A stretch of DNA of 59,284 nt, from the IMG/VR virus record IMGVR_UViG_3300042291_002144; one strand, given 5' to 3'. Each line of letters starts with the position of its first letter. The first letter of the stretch is position 1. The translations under genes were made by a program, and so were the position numbers. A model generated the notes under the pieces. The model saw only the letters and a list, made by a program, of their open reading frames with translations. It had not been told where the DNA came from and did not search any database. The DNA is from an uncultured virus (IMG/VR IMGVR_UViG_3300042291_002144). Lineage: Duplodnaviria; Heunggongvirae; Uroviricota; Caudoviricetes. This document shows positions 38,545 to 49,014 of the stretch, one piece after another.

Positions 38545-40030
38545 TTGCCGTAAATGTTATTTTATTTGTTGCCCATTCTCTTCGTGCCAATACAAGTTCT
38601 GTCAAAAATTGATGGGGATCAGCTGGATCAAAAATATATTTTGCCTCCTTTACATAATACCATCCACTAAGTTGAGTATCAATAGATTCCTCATTAATAT
38701 TCTCACCGGTCGGATTTGCATTTGTTTGATTCTCTGAGTCAGTTTCTCTAGCAATTTTTTCAGCAATCGATTGTGTTAATACTACAGGTATTGTCATTCC
38801 TCTAATTACTTGAAAATTTACTCCTTTTAATAGGACCTTTAATTTTATCTTATCTAATTCCTTTAAATTATGTGAATTAAATACCCTAGCTGCATTCCAA
38901 TGCTCATGAGTATTTCCATAGTTAATATTCATCCATTTTTTATTTCCAATTTCATCAAGACCTTCATCTGATGGTATTAACATTGATGTGTCAGACGCTC
39001 CACTTGTATTATTCGGAGCAATAAAAAAACTTTTAAATTTTGAATTTGCACTCTCAAGATGATCATAATAATAAATCTTCTTCTTATATCCTTCATATTT
39101 AAGAATAGATCCCTGTTCAGATATTAAGTTTGCTTCATAAATATAATTAGATTTACCTGCAGTATTTCTCTTATTTGTAAGTACATTTACTACTGTCATG
39201 TCATCAAACGCTTCTCTAGTTGGACTATCTTTTTGGTCTTGAGTTAAGGCTGTGCCTAATGTTTCTGGAGCAGTCGAAAAAGTTAAATCTGATTCAATAA
39301 CCTTTAATTGTTCATCTACGTTTACCATAGTTAAAATCATCTCCTTACTAATAAATCCTGAAAAAAATGAATTATCATCCTGATATGCATAATTTAATAT
39401 TTCTTTAATAAAATTAGATGGACTAGTATTAATATTTACCCAAGTCATTGTATCAGCTGGGGTAAATTCATTTTGTGCATAGCCTAAACCTAATTCTCCG
39501 CATATCGTCTTTAATGCATCAGATGAAGTCATATTTGAATAACTCTTAGACACACTATTATATAGCCTAGGCACAAATAAGTCGGCTTTTATAATATACG
39601 TAATTCCAGTATTTATAGTTACTTTTGCTCCTCTATTTTGAGAAGATATTGATTTAATACTAGTTATCAAATAATCTGATCTAATTGGCTTAAGTTTAGG
39701 ATTTGCCGAATTAATAAATAAACTAACTATTAAATTTCTCTTAGGGAAATAATTTCCAGCAAATTCTCCATTACCATCAGTAAACATTAATTCAAGCACA
39801 GGAATAAACCCAGATTCATCTATAGTAAGTCTATCAATATTATTTATAGAGCGACCTTCTATTTTAACAAATGGGGCTGTTCGACCAGCAGTTTGTGAAA
39901 AATCTGGCAAATTTTTAGATCTTATTGAAAATTGTGGTGACTCACCGTCAGCTGAATTTTCAAAGTCGCCCAATTCAATTAATTTAATTGCTGGCTGAAA
40001 ATGAGTTTTTATGATTTGACTAAATGCCAT
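38537..40030 (-). CDS. Putative baseplate hub (gp27-like)
   Basis: SY..MTS.DAL..IC.ELGLG, D.MTW, L.G.NF...RG, LSGWY.V signature; located between the LysM wedge and spike genes. Confidence 0.65.
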   Translation of the reverse strand: MAFSQIIKTHFQPAIKLIELGDFENSADGESPQFSIRSKNLPDFSQTAGRTAPFVKIEGRSINNIDRLTIDESGFIPVLELMFTDGNGEFAGNYFPKRNLIVSLFINSANPKLKPIRSDYLITSIKSISSQNRGAKVTINTGITYIIKADLFVPRLYNSVSKSYSNMTSSDALKTICGELGLGYAQNEFTPADTMTWVNINTSPSNFIKEILNYAYQDDNSFFSGFISKEMILTMVNVDEQLKVIESDLTFSTAPETLGTALTQDQKDSPTREAFDDMTVVNVLTNKRNTAGKSNYIYEANLISEQGSILKYEGYKKKIYYYDHLESANSKFKSFFIAPNNTSGASDTSMLIPSDEGLDEIGNKKWMNINYGNTHEHWNAARVFNSHNLKELDKIKLKVLLKGVNFQVIRGMTIPVVLTQSIAEKIARETDSENQTNANPTGENINEESIDTQLSGWYYVKEAKYIFDPADPHQFLTELVLARREWATNKITFTANA

Positions 40031-40031
40031 A

Positions 40032-40616
40032 TTATAACATATTATTGTTTTTTAATTGCTCCTGTACTCTTGCCCTAGCTGCGGCTTGATTAATATTAGT
40101 TGCACTAGTTTGTGTCATATCGCCGCCTAAAATTACTTTTCCATTAACTATTTTTACATTTTTTGAACCAGATAAATTAACATTTGGTGGAACAACCTCT
40201 GATGTTTTTGTTCTAATTGAAGCAAGTCGATCAATATCTTTTGCAGATTTAGGTTTAATTAAAGCCCCTTCATTCTTTTTAGCAGGTTCAGTTCCTTTTT
40301 CTACAACTTCTCTTGGCGGTACTATAAATTTTTCTAGTGTGTTAGTTGATGGAGCTAATAGTATTTCACCAGAGTCTAATGAAAATGGATTAGATATTCC
40401 ATTAAATTTTAATAAAGTATCCCAATAATCTTGACTAGCATATAATTTTTCAGATACTAGATCAGGCCTCATTGTTTCATACTCATTAACTACCGTTGTC
40501 CCCATTGATGATGCGCTTACTCCAAAATTAAAAGTAGATTTTACTAAATCTACAATTGATTCACCTGTAAATAAAGTAAATAGTGTTTTTGCTCTTAATA
40601 ATTTGCTATATAACAT
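40032..40616 (-). CDS. Baseplate wedge protein, LysM-like (gp53-like)
   Basis: RPDLVS.KLY....WD.LLKFNGISNPF.L..G.IL.P. Confidence 0.8.
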   Translation of the reverse strand: MLYSKLLRAKTLFTLFTGESIVDLVKSTFNFGVSASSMGTTVVNEYETMRPDLVSEKLYASQDYWDTLLKFNGISNPFSLDSGEILLAPSTNTLEKFIVPPREVVEKGTEPAKKNEGALIKPKSAKDIDRLASIRTKTSEVVPPNVNLSGSKNVKIVNGKVILGGDMTQTSATNINQAAARARVQEQLKNNNML

Positions 40617-40620
40617 ATTG

Positions 40621-42522
40621 TTAGTCTTTTGTTTGTAATTTAGTAAAGTAATCCTTTAAGATTGGAGATTTACCGAATCCTGTACCATATCTAGCAGCTA
40701 CGCTTACTCCAAAATATGAAGCATAGTTACTAGCATCTACTGCTCCATCTGTCCCGTCTATTTCAACTTTAGATTTCATTAAATCATCTTTGAATGCTTT
40801 AAATTTTCCATCCTTATCTGCTTCTGAACCTGTGCTAGTTTTATGAGCAGACGCTAATCTAACACTATTATATTCTCCGAATGAATTCATTGCACTTGAT
40901 GGAACTTGTAATGGGGTGTGATTTAAGTCTCCTCCACCATGATTAAACATTGACGCAATATCTTGTTTTGCTCTATGTCTTCCTGGTTCAAGTTCAATTG
41001 TAAATCTAACACTTACTGGGAAATCATTAGCTCCTAACTCATCTGAAAATGTTAGTTTAGTTTTCTTTAAACATAGATTTCCAATTACTGCAATCGGATC
41101 CATTGGATTACCTACCATTAAGTGCCATTCACCAACTGCTCTACCATCGAGTAGTGCTCTCATAACTAGCGGTTTTTGATGTAATGATGCCATTCTTGAA
41201 GCCAAAAACTTTTTAGCCACATCACTTTCTCCAATTGTTTTAGCAATCCCTTCTGCTGCAGTTGTCACATCTTCAGCATTTGCCATATCGTTACCTAAAG
41301 TATCCATAAATTTTTTAAACTCTGACCCTCCATCAGCTAGCATGTTACCTGCCATTGCTGAAATATCTTTAAGTGCTTGTGGATAATCACCTTTTTCCAT
41401 AGCATCAGTATTAAATCCCGGTAAAAGTGCACCAGTCTGTTGGTAATATCTATATGATCCTCCCCAAAAATCAGCAGTATTTGATGTAAGCGATAATATA
41501 TTACTAATTAAGTCAAGCATTGCAATCTTAGGGTTAATATTACCATACGATCTTAAATTATATTCAAAATTTAAAGTGATTGTGTGAGTAAAATCATATC
41601 CCTGATCTCTCATTTGAGTTGTGTTAATTACATTAACTGGTCCTCTAATCCTATTCCAGTATGCTCCAGACTCCCAATTTTTCTTAGTAAACTCTTGAAT
41701 TGTTTTATCATATCCTGAAAAAGAATATGGATTACTTTCATCCATTTTTCCAAATGCTAATTTTAATGCTTGCTGTGCTTTTGGATTAGATACGCCGACT
41801 GCCGCGATTAAATCTTCTATTCTTAATTCATTTCCAGTAACATCAGTTACGTTAGCAGGAGCAGGTTTCCACTTAAATCCATAAGTCATTCCTAAGATAT
41901 CAGATAAGCTATTTTGAGTACCTTCTCCAAACCATGTAATTGCTTGTGCAATTGGGACAAGTGGTAACTTTTCTTGGTGTATTTGTAAATTATCTTCAAC
42001 TGGGATTGTATATCTTCGAAGAGTTAATAATCTATTATTTGGGATTTTTCCATACCATTTACACCATAGAAAATCATTTAATGCATATGGATATGGATAA
42101 GTAGGCCCACTCTTAGCTTCTGCTTTTCTATTTGCCCAATCTATAATCGTTAAAGCAGAAGGATTTTGAATTTCCTCAAGTGCTTTATTTTCAAGTTTCT
42201 TAGCTTCATATTTTGCAACATTAATAAGTTTTGAACTATCATATTGCAGCCTATGTTTAGCGACATCGTAATCGCCAGTATTACCTGAAGTTACACCAGT
42301 TGCAAATTTTGAATACCTAAATATATTAAAGGGATTAAATATTGAATCTGCTCCTTTTAATGGGATTGCATTTCCTCCTATTCCATCAGTTAATCCAAGT
42401 GTTGATTCAGTAGCTAGATTTTTTTGTTCAGAAAGATCACGATCAGCTGTATTTTCAGCATCACTATTACCTAGTAGTTTATTTGCTGCATCACTAAGTG
42501 CCCCACCTCCTATTATTCCCAT
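40621..42522 (-). CDS. Putative baseplate-tail tube junction protein (gp48/gp54-like)
   Basis: First gene of the baseplate operon; LNFEY.LRS, IGNL.....KL.F...LG..DFP....FT.EL tube-fold-like motifs. Confidence 0.55.
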   Translation of the reverse strand: MGIIGGGALSDAANKLLGNSDAENTADRDLSEQKNLATESTLGLTDGIGGNAIPLKGADSIFNPFNIFRYSKFATGVTSGNTGDYDVAKHRLQYDSSKLINVAKYEAKKLENKALEEIQNPSALTIIDWANRKAEAKSGPTYPYPYALNDFLWCKWYGKIPNNRLLTLRRYTIPVEDNLQIHQEKLPLVPIAQAITWFGEGTQNSLSDILGMTYGFKWKPAPANVTDVTGNELRIEDLIAAVGVSNPKAQQALKLAFGKMDESNPYSFSGYDKTIQEFTKKNWESGAYWNRIRGPVNVINTTQMRDQGYDFTHTITLNFEYNLRSYGNINPKIAMLDLISNILSLTSNTADFWGGSYRYYQQTGALLPGFNTDAMEKGDYPQALKDISAMAGNMLADGGSEFKKFMDTLGNDMANAEDVTTAAEGIAKTIGESDVAKKFLASRMASLHQKPLVMRALLDGRAVGEWHLMVGNPMDPIAVIGNLCLKKTKLTFSDELGANDFPVSVRFTIELEPGRHRAKQDIASMFNHGGGDLNHTPLQVPSSAMNSFGEYNSVRLASAHKTSTGSEADKDGKFKAFKDDLMKSKVEIDGTDGAVDASNYASYFGVSVAARYGTGFGKSPILKDYFTKLQTKD

Positions 42523-42536
42523 AATCAGTTTAACTA

Positions 42537-42550
42537 TTTTTATTATTTAT
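42537..42550 (-). promoter_or_regulatory. Putative late promoter ATAAATAATAAAAA
   Basis: Motif copy upstream of the baseplate operon. Confidence 0.65.
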
Positions 42551-42577
42551 TAAAAAATAAAAAACAAATAAATTTGA

Positions 42578-44518
42578 TTAACCTTTCATAAAATCTTTAA
42601 AACTTGCAATTCTTGGAATAATTGACTTCTTTTTTGACTTCTTAGTCTTTTTTCCAGGGCCAGCTAATGAAAGGGTATCCATATTGGCATCAGGTAAAGT
42701 TGATGGTACTTGCATACTTACTCCAGGTGATATTCCGCCAGTTGCATCTTCATTTGTCTTTTTCTCAGCAGTTTTATAGAATTGAGGCTGGTCTTCTCCC
42801 TTTTCATATGGAGTTAATCCAACTGCATCTAATCTTGCTTTATTTGTTATCTTACTTACGCCTTTTTCAAAATCTCGACCTGCCTGTTTACTAACTGCAT
42901 ATACTCCACCTTTGATAATACTAAATATCCCATTAAAGATTGCTCTATTTTGATCAGCATTTCTTTTTGCTAGCTCTTGATTAATATTTACTGGAATAGT
43001 TGATAATAAACCTACTGCTACTTGCCCTAATCCTTTTAGTAAGTTCTTTAAAGGACTTTCAGCGATTCGGTCAGATTCGCTAACTGCTAATCTTACTTTT
43101 TGATATAATGGTAACCTGAGTTCAGGTTTTAATTGAATTCCTTTGAAATTCTTCATATTAAAATCTTTCGATAAGTAATAATTTTTAATTTCTCTTTCTT
43201 TTTCTTGAGTAGTTGATTTTATTCTAGCTACCGCATTATCCATATCCTTTTTTGCTAATTCTCCATCTACTTCACTCTGTACATATTTTGTTATCCAATT
43301 ACTACTTATATGTAAATATGCAAGTTGATCTTCTTCAAGAGAACTTTCCTTTTCTCGAGGGCCGCTATTAAATTGAGCAATTCTTTCAGGCGAATTTAAT
43401 ACTTCCTTAATTGATGCATCTAGCCAAGCTCCATTATGAATACCTACTCTTTTCATTAATTTAAAATAGTCTCCTCCAAGTTGAGATATTTCTCCATTTA
43501 CTAAAGGTGGAAGTAGAGCAAGTCGAAGAGCTGCCATTAGCTTTTCTCGAATTCTATTCTTTTTACGTATACTTGGTCTCTCTTTAACTACTATTTTATC
43601 TTCTTTTTGCTTTATTGTATTTTGATAAAATTTAGTATATCCAAGTATATCCATTAATGGTTTCCAATCTACTTGGATTTGTTCCATAGTCTTTTCAGTA
43701 TTCGGCAAATTGGAAATAACTTCAGCATTATAATTTAGAGAATCAGCTATTTCTTTTCGAATAGTTTGTTCTATTCTTTGATAAATCTTAACTAGTTTCT
43801 TTTTATATCCTTCAGTAGTTGCGCTCTTAGCCTTTTCAGCAGCTTCTGGATTTAATTCAAGTAGATTCTTTAATTCACTCTTTTGAAGAATTTTATTTTC
43901 TCCAGCATCATCAATTACTTCAAATTCATTGCTTTGTACAGTATTGTCGATTCTACCTATTTTACCTATTCGATATTTAGTTGAATTCTCATCAGTTGAA
44001 GATACTAATTCAATTCCTTCACTTTTAAAATATGATAAGATATTTGAATCATTATCTAAATCAGGAATAGTTTCAGCGTATTTAAAAATAAGATATAGTT
44101 TATATAGTCTAGATTTAATATCTGCTTGCTTAATCGTAAGTATGGTAAACTTTTCAAAGTTACTTGAAGCATCTACTTTTTTCTTATCAGTAGCAATACT
44201 ATTTAAATTCTTTTTGGATTTAGTAATATACTCACTTAACCAGTTTACTTTTCCTGGAGAAATTAAAGATAATAAAATTTTCTGTAATTCTGGATTATCT
44301 TTTACTTTTTGTAAAGCAGATGTTTCAATACCTGATAAGATCTCTTCAATTGACCCAAATGAAGTAGTCCTAGCTATAAGATTAGATGGATCTCCTCCAA
44401 TCCCACTACTAACTATATTTTGTAGGTTATTTAATTTTGAATCACTCTCTTCTTTTGATGATTCATTGATTGATAGTGAATTACCTAACCAACGTTTAAA
44501 ATATGCTTCGAAACTCAT
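42578..44518 (-). CDS. Large hypothetical helical protein (possible internal virion protein)
   Basis: 646 aa; N-terminal ...LSINES and C-terminal RIASFKDF motifs. Confidence 0.75.
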   Translation of the reverse strand: MSFEAYFKRWLGNSLSINESSKEESDSKLNNLQNIVSSGIGGDPSNLIARTTSFGSIEEILSGIETSALQKVKDNPELQKILLSLISPGKVNWLSEYITKSKKNLNSIATDKKKVDASSNFEKFTILTIKQADIKSRLYKLYLIFKYAETIPDLDNDSNILSYFKSEGIELVSSTDENSTKYRIGKIGRIDNTVQSNEFEVIDDAGENKILQKSELKNLLELNPEAAEKAKSATTEGYKKKLVKIYQRIEQTIRKEIADSLNYNAEVISNLPNTEKTMEQIQVDWKPLMDILGYTKFYQNTIKQKEDKIVVKERPSIRKKNRIREKLMAALRLALLPPLVNGEISQLGGDYFKLMKRVGIHNGAWLDASIKEVLNSPERIAQFNSGPREKESSLEEDQLAYLHISSNWITKYVQSEVDGELAKKDMDNAVARIKSTTQEKEREIKNYYLSKDFNMKNFKGIQLKPELRLPLYQKVRLAVSESDRIAESPLKNLLKGLGQVAVGLLSTIPVNINQELAKRNADQNRAIFNGIFSIIKGGVYAVSKQAGRDFEKGVSKITNKARLDAVGLTPYEKGEDQPQFYKTAEKKTNEDATGGISPGVSMQVPSTLPDANMDTLSLAGPGKKTKKSKKKSIIPRIASFKDFMKG

Positions 44519-44538
44519 ATGAGATTATTAGATTTTAA

Positions 44539-44730
44539 TTATTTATCTCTCTTTTTGAATTGCTCATATGGAATTACCCACATATTTCGTTTTACCTCAC
44601 CTTTCATGAAATCATATACTGACTTTTCACCCTTACTTTCTTCAGGATGTTGAAGAACTGCGTTCTCTAATTTTTCCTTACCTTTACGATAATTTTCAAA
44701 ATTTTGCTGACTATCATTTTTCTTGGCCAC
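44539..44730 (-). CDS. Small hypothetical protein
   Basis: 63-aa GTG-start ORF in a tightly packed operon. Confidence 0.65.
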   Translation of the reverse strand: MAKKNDSQQNFENYRKGKEKLENAVLQHPEESKGEKSVYDFMKGEVKRNMWVIPYEQFKKRDK

Positions 44731-44739
44731 AGTAGTTGA

Positions 44740-44907
44740 TTATTTTAAAGTATCTGATGGAGTATTATCATGTTTACAATCATGACATATATATAAATCG
44801 TCACCTCCATCTGCAATTGGCCAATCATGTCCGCATTTATCGCATATAATGTCAGTATGAGTTACCTTCTCATATAAGTAGGTATCCTGTTTTAGAATAT
44901 ACTTCAT
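44740..44907 (-). CDS. Small zinc-ribbon protein (55 aa, not in ORF track)
   Basis: MKYILKQDTYLYEKVTHTDIICDKCGHDW...LYICHDCKHDN: two CxxC pairs. Confidence 0.7.
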   Translation of the reverse strand: MKYILKQDTYLYEKVTHTDIICDKCGHDWPIADGGDDLYICHDCKHDNTPSDTLK

Positions 44908-44927
44908 AAATACTTATTTTAAGTTAT

Positions 44928-46487
44928 TTATTTCAGAGTAGTATATTCACCATTTATAAAATTAATGTGCTGTGCTTTTGAGTCTTCATGGATAATTACA
45001 TGTGATTGTAACCACCCACTAGCACCAATATTGTATCCTACTCTTAATGTAGTTGATGTTCCTACTGCCAGTGCACCATCCTTTCTTCCAGGAGAGTGAT
45101 AGTGGCCTACTACAATTTTACGATTTAATCTTCTAAATTGCTGTAGCGAACCTCTACTTCCATTTGAGCCAATATCTCCATGTTGACCTAATTCCCATCC
45201 ATTAACAATATAACTATCGCTTCTACCTAATGTTATAAAGTGCGGGTATTTATTATTTATTACCCATGGAATTATACCATCTGGTGCCTCTCCACTAAGT
45301 ATAGCAGATGAAAATTGCATATACTCTAGAGAATTTTTAGGAGTTACTGTTTTTCTCCAATCAGTATTCTTTAACCATCGATCAATAAAATCATCGTGAT
45401 TACTTCGAACAATAACCGTATTATAATCTTCAAATTCAGATAAACCTTTTAATAATTCATCAATTTCTTTTTTAAGAGAATTGGTTCCATCGATCTCCTT
45501 TTGATATTGTAAAAAAGGATCTTTCTCTTCATGATGACTAATTGATTTTCCATCAAATACATCATGTAAGATTACATGGTCTGGTCGAATATCTTTCATC
45601 AATTCTAGAGTTTTATTAACTACTCTTTTATCATGGTGACCATAATGAAGATCTCCCCAAACAATTGCGGATACTTTATTAATTCGATCTACTCCACCAT
45701 CTTTTATTCTATAAAAAAGATCTGTAAAATTTCCATCATCCGTTGCAGTAACATTTCGCATAAAGAAGATCTCATTATTCTTGATTTCAACTATTGTGAA
45801 TCCTAAAGTATGATGGAATTCTCCTTTTTTACCAGATTTAGAATCAGTATAATTTGTAACGGTGCACGCACCAGTAGTAACCATCATCTTAGGAGCATTT
45901 CCTTCGAGTACAGGTATTGTTTCTAATTGTACTTTAGGCGATCCGAATATACATGAATTAATTCCACTTAATCCTTCTAAACCAGTCATTGGATTTACAG
46001 CGGTTGACTGTATTTTTACATCTGACATAATTGAAACGTATTTATGAATATCGTGACGATTTGCATCCAAATATTCTAATATTTCATTTGCCCAAGACTC
46101 TTCGTATTCTTGATTAGCTGACCATACACTTGTTGGATTTCTATATCTTCCTGCAATCACATGGATATCAGCATTAATAAAATCTGAGTATGCTTTTATA
46201 TTTTCTAAGAATGGTTTATGTACAGGTGTATTATTTTGTGCCCAAGTAACAATAAATCTTTTTGATTTTTTATTAAATTCTTTTTCTTGGGCTATCTTGA
46301 ATTGAGGCGATTCCTCAATTACTTTACTAGTTAATCCTAGTTTAGTGATCCATTTTTCAATCGTTCTACTTGAACATTCAAATTTTTCAGCAAGTGAACT
46401 TATTCGATTATCCCATGAAAGTTCTTTGTTATTATAAGTTTCACTAATGAATTGCTTATCGGTTTCCGTTAATTCGTTAAACCTCAT
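44928..46487 (-). CDS. T5 A1-like protein: N-terminal HTH + metallophosphoesterase domain
   Basis: LAEKFECSSRTIEKW HTH; VTWAQNNT.VH; WGDLH, HDVFDG, SNHD, GQHGD.G.NGSRGS, GHYHSP. Confidence 0.8.
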   Translation of the reverse strand: MRFNELTETDKQFISETYNNKELSWDNRISSLAEKFECSSRTIEKWITKLGLTSKVIEESPQFKIAQEKEFNKKSKRFIVTWAQNNTPVHKPFLENIKAYSDFINADIHVIAGRYRNPTSVWSANQEYEESWANEILEYLDANRHDIHKYVSIMSDVKIQSTAVNPMTGLEGLSGINSCIFGSPKVQLETIPVLEGNAPKMMVTTGACTVTNYTDSKSGKKGEFHHTLGFTIVEIKNNEIFFMRNVTATDDGNFTDLFYRIKDGGVDRINKVSAIVWGDLHYGHHDKRVVNKTLELMKDIRPDHVILHDVFDGKSISHHEEKDPFLQYQKEIDGTNSLKKEIDELLKGLSEFEDYNTVIVRSNHDDFIDRWLKNTDWRKTVTPKNSLEYMQFSSAILSGEAPDGIIPWVINNKYPHFITLGRSDSYIVNGWELGQHGDIGSNGSRGSLQQFRRLNRKIVVGHYHSPGRKDGALAVGTSTTLRVGYNIGASGWLQSHVIIHEDSKAQHINFINGEYTTLK

Positions 46488-46506
46488 ATGTCTTAAAGTT
46501 TTGTAT

Positions 46507-46533
46507 ATTATATTGAATAAACATTTGAAGTTT
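46507..46533 (-). promoter_or_regulatory. Putative early/middle promoter AAAC-N17-TATAAT
   Basis: AAAC ttcaaatgtttattcaa TATAAT upstream of the A1-like gene. Confidence 0.65.
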
Positions 46534-48410
46534 TAAATAATATCTTCTTCTTCATTTTTAATTAAGTCAGACTCGATAATTCTAGCATCCATATGTGCTT
46601 CATTAAGTTGCATAATCTTTCCAAGTTCTTTTTGTAAATTAAAGAAATTTGATGATACTGACTGTGGAGTAGCTTTTTCGAAATCTTTATAATCTGAATT
46701 TTTAATCATATCAATAAGTTCTTCAGATTTTGCAAAGCTTGGCAATTCAACTAATTTAAATTCTTTTGATATTCTTAATGGAATATCTCTCTTTTTAATA
46801 TAGTCAAGTTGTATTGCATAATCTTTAAGTCGGCGATCAGTTGTTCCCCATAAGATCGGTTCGTATTCTGGTCTTAGTACCTTAATAATTTCAGCAAGCT
46901 GCCCACTAGGGATGACCTTAGTATCTTCTATGACGTCTAAATATTCACTCTTTACTTTATTTAGCATAGTTACTGTAGTAGCCAATGAAAATGGTGACTT
47001 TTTAGATTGTGAATCTCCTTTAACTGCAACAAAGATTGTTTTATGGCCATTCTTTTCTTTAAGAGACTTAGCTGCTTTAATGTGTCCCATTGATACTGGT
47101 TGAAATGTTCCAACTAGAATATTTACCTTTTTTGGTTCAACCGTTTCTTCTACTTTCTTAGCATGTTCAATTTCACTAAGCGGCATAAAATCTTTAGGTG
47201 ATCCTATGAACTGACTAAAACTTGGAAATAATCCTTCGTATACAGCATCACCCATAATTAAATTTTTGATCTTTTGAACAATTAAATTCAATTGTGATAC
47301 TAATTCAGGTGTAAAGAATCCAGCACTAGATTTCTTTCTTACTTTTCTAAAGAAATTAAGTAAAATTTTGTATATTTCAACATGAGTATTGCTTTTTTGA
47401 ATTGAGTTAACTACCTCTGGGTCTCTAACTAAATTCATATCTAAATCAAATTCAGGTCTTTTTAAATATTCAGGTATCTCTAATTCAAGTCCATCATATT
47501 TAGCTGAATACTCTTTTAGAAAATCTTTAAATATCTTATTAATTAGATCTATATATTTTTCATCAAATGTTCCAGTCTCATCAATCATATCTTTTAATTG
47601 ATCGATATCATACATTTCAAAATGATTCATTAGGTCAATTACAATTAACCATATATAATCTTGTGAATTATTAGTCTTTGGTTTATTTTCACCTATTTTT
47701 TGTTGAAATATCGGATCAACCATTTTAGCTAAGAATACTCCATCTTCTTCAGAATCTCCATAGAATCTAAAAATTATTGTATCTAATTCAGTTGCGCTAA
47801 ACCCTTCTGCTTTTTCATCAGGGCAAAGTACAGAAATAATATATTTAGTAAATGAGGTAGTCTTAAATTTATCTTCAAGACTAGTTATATCTGAATATAC
47901 AAACTCAAGTATCTTACTCTTTTGTTCGTTATCTAGCTTTCCTTCAAAAAGAATAGGTGGTGCATCTACTTCTAAGAAATCTGCCCATCTAGTAAGCTCA
48001 TCCTTTGTTTGTAGAGTTTCAACGACTTTTCCAGTATTGTCTAATCTGTGAATATAAGAAAGAATAAGACCATTTTTAGGTAAGTCAAGTCTTTTAATTG
48101 ATTTAGCATCACCTTTTGTAAAATATTCAAATCCAAAAAAGAAATTTGCAGGAATTCGCTGCTTCTTTTCATCTGATAAGTTATTAAAATGATCAATTGC
48201 TAAATTATAGTATTTCATTAACACCTGATCAACATAAGTTATTTCACCAGATTTTTTAAAATATTTAAATTTATCATCACTAGATTTCTTTACTCCAAAG
48301 AAGGCTCCATCGATCTTTTCATTAATTATAACATAACTATTTAGTAGTCCATTCAAGAAAGACTCGCCCCTCTTTTCATAAACTTCTCTTAAATTGTTTA
48401 TTCCTGCCAT
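46533..48410 (-). CDS. Fusion of RNA-ligase-like nucleotidyltransferase domain and HIGH-superfamily (cytidylyltransferase-like) domain
   Basis: N-terminal INEKIDG (motif I KxDG), FGFEYF, P.LFEG.L, LAKMVDP.F; C-terminal ILVGTFQPVSMGH...KSPFS. Confidence 0.7.
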   Translation of the reverse strand: MAGINNLREVYEKRGESFLNGLLNSYVIINEKIDGAFFGVKKSSDDKFKYFKKSGEITYVDQVLMKYYNLAIDHFNNLSDEKKQRIPANFFFGFEYFTKGDAKSIKRLDLPKNGLILSYIHRLDNTGKVVETLQTKDELTRWADFLEVDAPPILFEGKLDNEQKSKILEFVYSDITSLEDKFKTTSFTKYIISVLCPDEKAEGFSATELDTIIFRFYGDSEEDGVFLAKMVDPIFQQKIGENKPKTNNSQDYIWLIVIDLMNHFEMYDIDQLKDMIDETGTFDEKYIDLINKIFKDFLKEYSAKYDGLELEIPEYLKRPEFDLDMNLVRDPEVVNSIQKSNTHVEIYKILLNFFRKVRKKSSAGFFTPELVSQLNLIVQKIKNLIMGDAVYEGLFPSFSQFIGSPKDFMPLSEIEHAKKVEETVEPKKVNILVGTFQPVSMGHIKAAKSLKEKNGHKTIFVAVKGDSQSKKSPFSLATTVTMLNKVKSEYLDVIEDTKVIPSGQLAEIIKVLRPEYEPILWGTTDRRLKDYAIQLDYIKKRDIPLRISKEFKLVELPSFAKSEELIDMIKNSDYKDFEKATPQSVSSNFFNLQKELGKIMQLNEAHMDARIIESDLIKNEEEDII

Positions 48411-48426
48411 TTTTATCTTTTTAGAT

Positions 48427-48990
48427 TTATCCTTCTATTGCTTTAGGTTCAGTTGATTCAGTAGATTGAGTAGGTTCAGATTTTTCAACAGACTCAACCT
48501 CCTTAGCTTTAGCTTCTGGTGCATTCATTGCTTTTCTAATACTTGGAGCGTCGATGCTAATTGATATACTTCGTAAATTATCTGAATCTTCTGGATTTTC
48601 AGTAAAATATCCTATTACTTTCTTCAAATTTACATTATTTGCCTCTTCGCCAAATCCGCCAGCCGATTCTATTTTTTGTCTAAGAGTTGATGCTGCTTTC
48701 CAGCTTCCATTATAACTTATTGACCAACAATAGAATCTAACTTGTTCATTTTTACTATCGTAATAGTGTAAAATATCTTTGATTCGTTGGATTGCTCCAT
48801 TTGCATCTCTATAAGTAGTTGCTCTACCTAAGTTATCTGAAGGTACTCCAAATCTTACTTGGTCAGAAAGAACTTCCATAAGTTCTTCGATTCTACTTAT
48901 AATTTGATCCGCTTTATATCCTTTTAATGGATTAATGTCTTCTGACTCGTTGACAAACTGTGAATAGCTTAATGTATATTTGGATGTCAT
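48427..48990 (-). CDS. Hypothetical protein, CTS-like N-terminus
   Basis: MTSKYTLSYSQFVNESE start; late motif upstream. Confidence 0.75.
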   Translation of the reverse strand: MTSKYTLSYSQFVNESEDINPLKGYKADQIISRIEELMEVLSDQVRFGVPSDNLGRATTYRDANGAIQRIKDILHYYDSKNEQVRFYCWSISYNGSWKAASTLRQKIESAGGFGEEANNVNLKKVIGYFTENPEDSDNLRSISISIDAPSIRKAMNAPEAKAKEVESVEKSEPTQSTESTEPKAIEG

Positions 48991-49000
48991 CCTAAAATAT

Positions 49001-49014
49001 TTTTTATTATTTAT
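49001..49014 (-). promoter_or_regulatory. Putative late promoter ATAAATAATAAAAA
   Basis: Motif copy upstream of the 48990 ATG. Confidence 0.65.
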
